From Cenococcum geophilum (Eukaryota), in contig CP158636.1 of NCBI GenBank assembly GCA_050273025.1, positions 12,524,001-12,588,000 on the forward strand: a stretch of DNA of 64,000 bases. Reading direction: 5' to 3'. The position numbers and the translations under genes are program-made. Below are positions 54,985 to 64,000 of the stretch, in pieces. The number at the start of each line of letters is the position of its first letter. The stretch's first letter is position 1. Below the pieces are notes generated by a model. The model was not told the origin of the DNA and searched no databases. It saw only the letters and a list, made by a program, of their open reading frames with translations.

Positions 54985-55342
54985 GCGGACCCCTAGCGAG
55001 GGTCCTTCGCCTCTTTTTTATTCCTTACTTCTTCTATTTTTACTTTCTCTAGGATATTTAGAACTTTTATCTCTTATATCTATACCCTAGTTACTACTTA
55101 TTTTATATAGAGCTTTTTATTTCCGTATCTTATATTTTTACTAGCATTAGGAAATTTTTTTTTAGGCACGTTGTTGTAAGCGAAAATCGGGGTCTGCAAA
55201 ACCTGCGTAAGTCGCAATTTTAGCGATTTGCGGCAACTTGCGGCGATTTGCTATAAATACATAGGCTACCCATATAAATCGCCGCAAATTGCGACTTAAG
55301 TAGACCCTAATTTTCGGCTGCAATAAAAACGCAACAAAAATA

Positions 55343-56740
55343 CTATAAAGCTTTACACGAAGCTCTACACAAAGCTCTGCACGAAGCTCTGCACAAAGCT
55401 CTACACGAAGCTCTGCACGAAGCTCTACACGAAGCTCTGCACGAAGCTCTGCACGAAGCTCTGCACGAAGCTCTATACGAAGCTCTGCGTATAGAGGCTC
55501 TGTACGAGGCTCTACACGAAGCTCTACACGAGGCTCTGCACGAAGCTCTACACGAAGCTTTGCACGAAGCTCTACACGAGGCTCTGCACGAAGCTCTACA
55601 CAAAGCTTTGCACGAAGCTCTATACGAAGCTTTGCACGAAGCTCTACACAAAGCTTTGCACGAAGCTCTACACGAGGCTCTACACGAAGCTCTACACGAA
55701 GCTCTACACGAAGCTCTACACGAAGCTCTACACGAAGCTCTACACGAAGCTCTACACGAAGCTCTGCATAAAGCTCTACACGAAGCTCTACACGAGGCTC
55801 TGCACGAAGCTCTACACGAAGCTCTACACGAAGCTTTGCATAAAGCTCTACACGAAGCTCTACACGAAGCTCTACACGAAGCTCTACACAAAGCTCTGCA
55901 CGAAGCTTTGCGCGAGGCTCTACACAAAGCTCTACACGAAGCTTTGCACAAGGCTCTGCATGAGGCTCTACACGAAGCTCTGCACGAAGCTCTGCACGAA
56001 GCTCTATACGAAGCTCTACGTATAGAGGCTCTGTACGAGGCTCTGCACGAAGCTCTACACGAAGCTCTACACAAAGCTCTACACGAAGCTTTGCGCGAGG
56101 CTCTACACGAAGCTCTACACGAAGCTTTGCATAAAGCTCTACACGAAGCTCTACACGAGGCTCTGCACGAAGCTCTACACAAAGCTTTGCACGAAGCTCT
56201 ACACGAGGCTCTACACGAAGCTCTACACGAAGCTCTACACGAAGCTCTACACGAAGCTCTGCACGAAGCTCTACACGAAGCTCTGCACGAAGCTCTACAC
56301 GAAGCTCTGCACAAAGCTTTGCACGAGGCTCTACACGAGGCTCTATACGAAGCTCTGCGTACAGAGGCTCTGTACGAGGCTCTGCACGAAGCTCTACACG
56401 AGGCTCTGCACGAAGCTCTACACGAAGCTCTGCACGAAGCTCTACACGAAGCTCTACACAAAGCTCTACACGAAGCTTTGCGCGAGGCTCTACACGAAGC
56501 TCTACACGAAGCTTTGCACAAGGCTCTGCATAAGGCTCTACACGAAGCTCTGCACGAAGCTCTACACAAGGCTCTACACGAAGCTCTACGTACAGAGGCT
56601 CTGCACGAGGCTTTGCGCGAAGCTCTACATACGGAGGCTCTACACGAAGCTCTACACGAAGCTCTACACAAAGCTCTACGTACAGAGGCTCTGCACGAGG
56701 CTTTGCGCGACATACGGAGGCTCTACACAAAGCTCTGCAT
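55343..56740. repeat. 12-bp minisatellite (GCTCTRCACGAA)n, about 115 units, in F1
   Basis: Direct periodicity; it produces the spurious (HEAL)n, (RASC)n and (ELRV)n ORFs. Confidence 0.97.
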
Positions 56741-56890
56741 CGGGTCCCCGCTATATTCCCAATAGCCTCTACACGTACCTCTGCCAAGTATACCCCTTAT
56801 CTATATACCTAGGTAGCCACCTTATTTTTTACCCTTCCTTCCTTACATCCTTCCTACCTAGGGAGGCACTAGAACGGCAGCCAGCTAAGG

Positions 56891-57050
56891 ACCGTCGCCA
56901 GAACCAGACAACCGTCGACCGTCGCCAGAACTAGACGACTGTTAACCGTCGCTAGAACCAGACAACCGTCAACCGTCGCCAGAACTAGACAACCGTCGAC
57001 CGTTGCCAAAACTAGACAACTATTAACCATTGCCAGAGCTAGATAACCAC
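56891..57050. repeat. 27-bp tandem repeat ACCGTCGCCAGAACCAGACAACCGTCG, 6 units (5 units in F2 at 62617-62750)
   Basis: Direct periodicity. Confidence 0.9.
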
Positions 57051-57164
57051 CATTTAAATATATAGCCAGTAAACGGCTATAGAGAACGATTCGAATTAAT
57101 ATAATTAATTAATTAATTAAATTAGGCGGAGTTTTTAATCGGGCTAACCTTTCCCCTAAATTAC

Positions 57165-57425
57165 AGATAGGTAGGTATAGATAGTAGTATAGATAAAAGG
57201 TACAGACGGTAGGTACAGACGGTAGGTATAAACGGTAGGTATAGATAGGTAGGCATAGACAGGTAGCATAGATAGGTAGGTATAGATAGGTAGGCATAAA
57301 TAGTAGGCACAGATAGGTAGGTATAGATAGTAGGTATAGATAGTAGGCATAGGTAGATAAGTATAGGTAGGTATAGATAGATAGATAAATAGATAGGTAG
57401 GCAGGTAGGTAGGCAGGTAGGCACT
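57165..57425. repeat. Compound (AGGT/AGAT/AGGC)n microsatellite in F1 (also 62865-63122 in F2)
   Basis: Direct periodicity. Confidence 0.9.
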
Positions 57426-60400
57426 AGGCCTAGTTAAGAAATTAGTATATAGCTAGCAGATTATTAGGAATACTACTAATTAATAATTTAGAGCCTTTAT
57501 AAAGGGTATCCCCCTTATCTTAATTGCTTAATAAATAGCTCTATATTTTATATAGTTATATAGAAATATAAAATATGCAAAATATAAAATATATAAAATG
57601 TATAAAATGTGCAAAATATATAAAATATATAAAATATACAAAACGTGTAAAATATATAGGCTCTACGCGTTTACTGCGAGTTACTATAAAATGTATAGGC
57701 TCTATACAGTTTACTATAAGTTACTATAAAATACGCAGGCTCTATATAGTTTGCCGCAAAATGCGTAAACCGCACAAGACTATATACGACTACCGCGACC
57801 GTACAGTTTGCCGCAAATTGCCGCAAACTGCAATAACGAGCCCGAAAAAAAATTTCCTGATGAGCGCTTTTATATCTAAATCTGTTATTATCTTTAGTTC
57901 CTCCCCTATTCTTACTAGCTAGCTATATACCCTTAATAGATCGACTATAAATAATATATTTACCGCGTTAAATCTAATTCTTAATTATTCTAGTTTTAAG
58001 CTTGCTATAGCTATCTATAGGGGTCTTTCTATAGGGCGTCCTCTCCCTTATATCTCCTATAACCCTTATAACCCTATATAGTCTAGTAATATCGCACAGC
58101 GCCGCTTCTAGCCTATTAAGGCTTAGGATAGCTGGCCTAGCCCCCTAGTACTAAAGGTAGGAAACGCTAGAAAGGCACCTACGTCCCCCTAGCTTATTAC
58201 CTATTATTTCCATTTATATAACCTAGTATATAGTTATTCCTATAGCTATTAAGCCCTTACCTTCTACCTTCTGTATTTAATATAGTCTTTTCTCTCCTAC
58301 GCCTTATATATGCTTTAGTGGTAGTTTATACATTTTATTTAGTCTTAATTTAAGTAGTGTCTTATATTATAGGGGCCTATATAGTAGCCGCAGCACACCT
58401 ATACTGCGTATATGGATTAGGTATATCCCTATTATACACAGCGGTAGTATTGTTTTAGGCGTAGTCTATAGTTATAGAGCCTTACGTTATATATAAGGCT
58501 ATTTATAATTATTCCTTTTTAAATAAGGAGTTTTTGTATTCTTAGTATATATATGCTGATAATAAGGGAGCTATACGTTTAACTAGTGTCTCCCTAGCAA
58601 GTCTCTAGCGACCCTTATATCCTCTTATTATTCTTATTATTTACTTAATTTGCATTTTCCTATTAAAGCTATCAGATTTAGGTAATCTTAAGGCCTAGTA
58701 TAAGGCGTTTTATATATTTTACTATCTCCTATATAGTTACTGTGTTATCCACCTAGCGTCCCTTTTCTACCCTAAGGCTTATAGGAACCACTAGGACTTT
58801 AACTAGGTAGTCTTTATAGAGCACTTTTATGCCAATATATTCTCCTAGCCTATCCCCTACCCTTATAGCTTATTCCTTTACCTATTAGTCCTTTAGGGTA
58901 ACTCTAATATCTCCGCTCCTAAGGTATTAGACTATAACTGCGTTATAGACCTCTTTATAAATCTCTATAAGGACTTCTATTATTAATTATCCCCTAAGCC
59001 TCTCTACTTTTTCTATATTTGGTTATATTATAATTATATACCTAGTTCTTATCTTAAGGGGGGTAGGTTCCCTATGCTATAAAAGCGCGGCTATGGCGGC
59101 CTAAGTGCGGTTCGCTAGTAAAGGGGGGTTTTATTTATTTTTAATTTTGCTTAGCCGTTGGAGGATTTAATTAAGGGTTTGCTAAAGGGGCGCCTAAGGT
59201 TTACTGGACTAGCGGAGCTATTCTACTAGCTATATTAGTTCGTTATAGCTAATAATTACTTCCCTATAATTCTGGATACTAGACGCGTCTAGTAGGCTTT
59301 ATATTTTATTAGATGCCTTTTTAATAGAGGTATTTCTGCTTTGTAGTGTGGTATTCGCCTATCTTTATTATAGAGGGCCGTTATTAGGCGTAGATCTGGC
59401 GGTTGCGCACGAGTGCGAGCCACCGTCGGTTGATATATGCCTCCCCTACGATGCATATATCTTAGGGGGATTCTCTAGGTGTTTTTCAGGGTTCTTTTTA
59501 GTTGGTTTTGGTCTTTTTAGGCCGGGTGCAGCAAGAGCTCCTAATATTTAGAGTGTGTCCTCTAAGTAGTATATAGTAGATAATAGTGCTTTAATATAGA
59601 GTTAAATAGTTAATTTTTTCTAAAATATAGAGATAAACTGGCTGCCTTTATTAGAGATAATTGTTTCAGAAAGTCTATAGAGTTTCTATATATAATCTAG
59701 GAATAGTTAAGCAATAGTAGGTGTTAATATATTAGAGTAGGTAATTAAGTATCTTATCTTAGATAGTTAGTTTAGAACTACCATAATATTTATATAGTCT
59801 TTACTTATAGGGAGATCTATAATAAAGTTAATTAAAATATTCTTTTATCTTTAGTCTAAAATAGGTAATAGCTTTAAAAGGCCGTTATACGTCTTATATA
59901 AAGCTTAAGCTCGTTAGTAGATATAATAGCTAAAGACGTATCTTTATATTATATTATATATATTCGGCTAGTAGTATTCTTATTAAAGTAATTTTAGAGT
60001 TTTTCCTTGGCCTAGGTGGCTAGCTACTAGTAAATTATATATATGTTTAAGGAGCCTAAGCTTAAGTTTATTATAGTTAGGTATAACTAGGCGGTTTTAG
60101 TAGTATAAGCGGTCTTTATAAGCTTTATATTTACTTAGGGAGATCTTTTTAAAGCGTCTAACTCTATCTTAAATTAGCTTAAATGTCTCTTAGATAAACT
60201 CATTATTTAGGTATTTTAAGGATGTATACTATAAGGTCTTTAGTAGGTGGATTAAATAGCTTAGGGCGAAGTAGGGTTTAGTTAAAGTTAGGAGCGCGCT
60301 TTTTCTAGTGCTAGTGCGTCCTGCGTGCGTTATATTAGGGTGTTACGCTTTTAACCTTAAGCGCCTAGTTAGTATATAATTAAGAATTAGAGGTAAAACA

Positions 60401-61201
60401 GATATTTTAACTAGCGGGCCTAGCGGTAGCTTAGCTATTTTATAGTTGTAAAGTATTATAGATTCTTATAATCGCTAAGAACTTTAATTAGAAATCCAGC
60501 ACCTTTTAGTTCTAGTTACTATTGTTTAAAATATCTAATAATAGCTAGCAGTTTTTTATTGTAGATCTTATAATTATATTTAGCTAAACTTAGTTATTTT
60601 AAGAAGTATACTATAGGGTATAACACTCCTTTATTATTATATTAAGATAAAATATCTCTAGTAGCGTAGTTAGAGAAGTTAGCTTTTATAATACTCTTCT
60701 AGTTTAAGTTAAAGTATAGGCGCGGTAGTAAATATAACCTTTAGGTAAATAAAGGCCTTCTTATATTCCTTATTAAAGACAAAGACTTAATTTTTTTGTA
60801 TTAGGGCTATAAGGGGTAAAACTAAGGCGGAGAAGTTATTAATAAACTATTAGTAGAAATTGGCAAATCCTATAAAGACTCTTACGTCCTTAACGTTCTT
60901 AGGTTCTTACTAGTTTATAATTACTTTAACTTTCTTTAAGTTTACTTATATACTATTTATAAAAATAAGAAGCTTAAGGTATAGGACTTCTATTTTATAG
61001 AATTTATATTTATTTATATCTAATTATAGGCTAGCTTCTTATAAGGCTTATAAAATAATATTAACGTATTTCTAGTATTTAGTTAGGTTATTACTGTATA
61101 TTAAAATATTGTTAATATAAGTAGTATAAAAAATATCTAGGTAGGGACGTAGGGTATTATTTATATAATATTAAAACAAGCTTAAAGCGTTTATAAGGCT
61201 A

Positions 61202-63560
61202 TATTAGGAAATTTTTTTTTAGGCACGTTGTCGCAAGCGAAAATCAGGGTCTGCAAAACCTGTGTAAGTCGCAATTTTAGCGATTTGCGGTAACTTGCGG
61301 CGATTTACTATAAATACATAGGCTACCTATATAAATCGCCGCAAATTGCGACTTAAGTAGACCCTAATTTTCGGCTGCAATAAAAATGCAACAAAAATAC
61401 TATAAAGCTCTACACGAAGCTCTACATAAAGCTCTATATAAAGCTCTACATAAAGCTCTATATAAAGCTCTATATAAAGCTCTATATAAAGCTCTATATA
61501 AAGCTCTGTATAAGGCTCTACACAAAGCTCTATATAAAGCTCTGCACGAAGCTCTATATAAAGCTCTATATAAGGCTCTGCACAAAGCTCTCTACAAAGC
61601 TCTATACAAAGCTCTACACGAAGCTCTATACAAAGCTCTACGTATAGAGGCTCTATACGAGGCTCTATATAAAGCTCTATACGAGGCTCTGCATAAAGCT
61701 CTATATAAAGCTTTATACAAAGCTCTACACGAGGCTCTGTATAAAGCTCTATATAAAGCTTTACACGAAGCTCTACACGAAGCTTTGTACGAAGCTCTAC
61801 ACAAGGCTCTACACAAAGCTCTATATAAAGCTCTACATAAAGCTCTATACGAAGCTCTATACAAAGCTCTATATAAAGCTCTATACGAAGCTCTGCATAA
61901 AGCTTTATATAAAGCTCTATATAAGGCTCTGCACGAAGCTCTACACAAAGCTCTATATAAAGCTTTACATAAAGCTCTATACGAAGCTCTACATAAAGCT
62001 CTATATAAAGCTCTACACGAAGCTTTGCGCAAGGCTCTATATAAAGCTCTACACAAAGCTTTGCACAAGGCTCTGTATAAGGCTCTATACAAAGCTCTAT
62101 ACAAAGCTCTACACGGAGCTCTATACGAAGCTCTACGTATAGAGGCTCTATACAAGGCTCTACATAAAGCTCTATATAAGGCTCTATATGAAGCTTTATA
62201 CAAAGCTTTATACGAAGCTCTATATAAAGCTCTATACGAAGCTCTACACGAAGCTCTATATAAAGCTTTACACGAGGCTCTATACGAGGCTCTATACAAA
62301 GCTTTACGTATAGAGGCTCTATATAAGGCTCTATATAAAGCTCTACACGAGGCTTTGTATAAAACTCTATATAAGGCTCTACACAAAGCTCTATACAAAG
62401 CTCTGCATAAAGCTCTATATAAAGCTCTACATAAAGCCTTTATATATACGCGCGACACACTACTATTAGGTCCCCGCTATATTCTTAATAGCCTCTACAC
62501 GTACCTCTGCTAAGTATACCCCTTATCTATATACCTAGGTAGCCACCTTATTTTTTACCCTTCCTTCCTTATATCCTCTCTACCTAGGGAGGCACCAGAA
62601 CGGCAGCCAGCTAAGGACCGTCGCCAGAACCAGACGACCGCCGACCGTTGCCAAAACTAGATAACTGTCGACCGTCGCCAAAACCAGACAACTGTCGACC
62701 GTCGCTAGAACTAAACAACCGTCAACCGTCACTAGAGCCAGACGACTACTATTTAAATATACAGCTAGCGAACGGCCGTAGAGAACGATTTGAATTAATA
62801 CGATTAATTGATCAATTAAATTAGGCGGAGCCTTCAATTAGGCCGACCTTTCCCCTAAATTACAGATAGGTAGGTATAGACAGTAGCATAGATAGGAGGC
62901 ATAGACGGTAGGTATAGACGGTAGGTATAGACAGGTAGGTATAGACAGGTAGCATAGATAGGTAGGTATAGATAGGTAGGCACAGACAGTAGGCATAGAT
63001 AGGTAGGCATAGATAGTAGGCATAGATAGTAGGTATAGGTAGGTAGGTATAGGTAGGTATAGACAGACAGATAGATAGATAGGTAGGTAGGTAGGTAGGC
63101 AGGCAGGTAGGCAGGCAGGCACTAGGCCTAGTTAGGAAATCGGTATATAGCTAGCAAATCGTTAGGAATACCGCTAATTAATAATTTAGAGCCTTTATAA
63201 AGGGTATCCCCCTTATCTTAATTACTTAATAAATAGCTCTATATTTTATATAGTTATATAGGAATATAAAATATGTAAAATATAAAATGTATAAAATGTG
63301 TAAAATGTGCAAAATATATAAAATATATAAAATATACAAAACGTATAAAATATATAGGCTCTACGCATTTGCTGCAAGTTGCTATAAAATACGCAGGCTC
63401 TGTGTAGTTTGCTATAAGTTACTGCAAAATATATAGGCTCTGTGCAGTTTACCGCAAAATACGCAAACCGCATAAGACTATATACGACTGCCGCGACCGT
63501 ACAGTTTGCCGCAAATTGCCGCAAACTGCAACAACGAGCCCGAAAAAAAATTTCCTGATG
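61202..63560. mobile_element. F2: second copy of the TIR element, same orientation as F1, inserted in the RT of E
   Basis: Termini TATTAGGAAATTTT...AAAATTTCCTGATG with 2-bp TSD TA. Removing it restores the host RT frame (YLVILFSLINA = de-RIPed YLVMPFGLTNA). Confidence 0.85.
61400..62440. repeat. 12-bp minisatellite in F2, about 87 units, more heavily mutated (GCTCTATATAAA)
   Basis: Same unit as in F1, with CACGAA changed to TATAAA. Confidence 0.97.
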
Positions 63561-64000
63561 TAAATAGTATTACTAAGTATTTAAATAATCTATACTGGGT
63601 ACGGAAAGCGGTAAGCTATTTATCTCCATTTTTATTTATTTATATCCGTTATATTATACTACGTATAATACTATACATGTAGCCTCTAGGCTATAGCGCT
63701 ATAGTTTTATATATATAAATCCTTTCTAGGCAGCTTAATATGTACTAGTAGCTATATCCTAATAGTTTATAAACCCCTAAGGGTTTATAGCTCCTTAGTA
63801 AGATACTAAGTTACTATAACTACTAGGGAATGAGAAAACGGTAGGAAAAACTATAGGAAATCCTAATATCTATTCCTATCCTTTTACAATTTGCTTCTAT
63901 CCCTTTACTCTCTAATATTGTTTTATTAAAGGCCTAATAGGCTTCTAGGATCTTGTTTTTATTCTTCTATAGAATCTTCTAAGCTAGTATCTACTAGTTT

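Larger units (their letters stand above)
55145..57862. mobile_element. F1: non-autonomous TIR DNA element (CMC/CACTA-like by termini and TSD) carrying tandem repeats
   Basis: ~34-bp TIRs CATCAGGAAATTTTTTTTCGGGCWCGTT and 2-bp TSD AG (empty site seen in LINE1 near 27655). Subterminal GCCGCAAATTGC repeats; no transposase. Confidence 0.85.
35367..59560 (-). mobile_element. LINE2: second copy of the same LINE family, interrupted by B, C and F1
   Basis: 15-bp TSD TCTAAGTAGTATATA (35352-35366 and 59561-59575). Segments 35367-36388, 44347-47026, 54985-55144 and 57863-59560 are reverse-complement matches to LINE1. Confidence 0.95.
10100..64000. other. AT-rich, RIP-mutated transposon block
   Basis: Abrupt rise in AT, excess TpA and scarce CpA/TpG. 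Trp/Gln codons have become TAG/TAA and YLDD has become YLNN. Repeat copies differ almost only by C>T and G>A. Confidence 0.95.
13995..64000 (-). mobile_element. Gypsy/chromovirus E: outermost host, fragmented by insertions; left end approximate, and it runs off the right end of the window
   Basis: Collinear pol pieces: RT at 63561-~63850 and 60800-61201 (YINN = YIDD at ~61110); RNase H and integrase at 59561-60800 and 34965-35366; GPY motif at 22323-22476; chromodomain at ~14100-14300; PPT at ~14071-14085; 3' LTR beginning at 14070. Confidence 0.8.

Noticed and set aside
55162..56787. Long ORFs (ELRV)n, (RASC)n and (HEAL)n
   Set aside because: By-products of a stop-free 12-bp unit that is open in several frames on both strands; no unique coding domain.
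56891..57050. Regular 27-bp repeats as a CRISPR array
   Set aside because: Head-to-tail units with no unique spacers, no cas genes, and a eukaryotic context.
61386..62513. 375-aa (YKAL/HEAL)n ORF with an ATG, open despite RIP
   Set aside because: C>T and G>A changes cannot create stops in this frame, and the ATG is ACG in F1, so it is probably a mutation product.

Overview
Fungal (Pezizomycotina-type) genomic DNA with two compartments. Positions 1 to ~10,050 are GC-balanced and gene-rich: an uncharacterised low-complexity protein, a secreted GH5 exo-1,3-beta-glucanase, an oxalate-decarboxylase pseudogene, ALG13 and mitochondrial RSM24/mS35. From ~10,100 to 64,000 the DNA is an AT-rich transposon nest mutated by RIP, and it can be resolved almost completely by LTR pairs and target-site duplications (TSDs). 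An outer minus-strand chromovirus (E) hosts chromovirus A, chromovirus D (which contains LINE1), LINE2 (which contains chromoviruses B and C and TIR element F1) and TIR element F2. An internally deleted Copia-type element lies at 10.5-12.8 kb. Most interesting signals: (1) an antisense, intron-containing accessory gene for a Zn(II)2Cys6-like plus helical/coiled-coil protein between pol and the 3' LTR of A, B and C, readable once RIP changes are reversed; (2) a ~200-bp double-hairpin/CCAAT module shared by the 3' ends of a Copia, a Gypsy and a third relic; (3) a non-coding TIR element with a 2-bp TSD that carries four kinds of tandem repeat; (4) an unusually long Gag with extra C-x4-C-x2-H motifs. 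All reconstructions were done by eye and no database search was possible.
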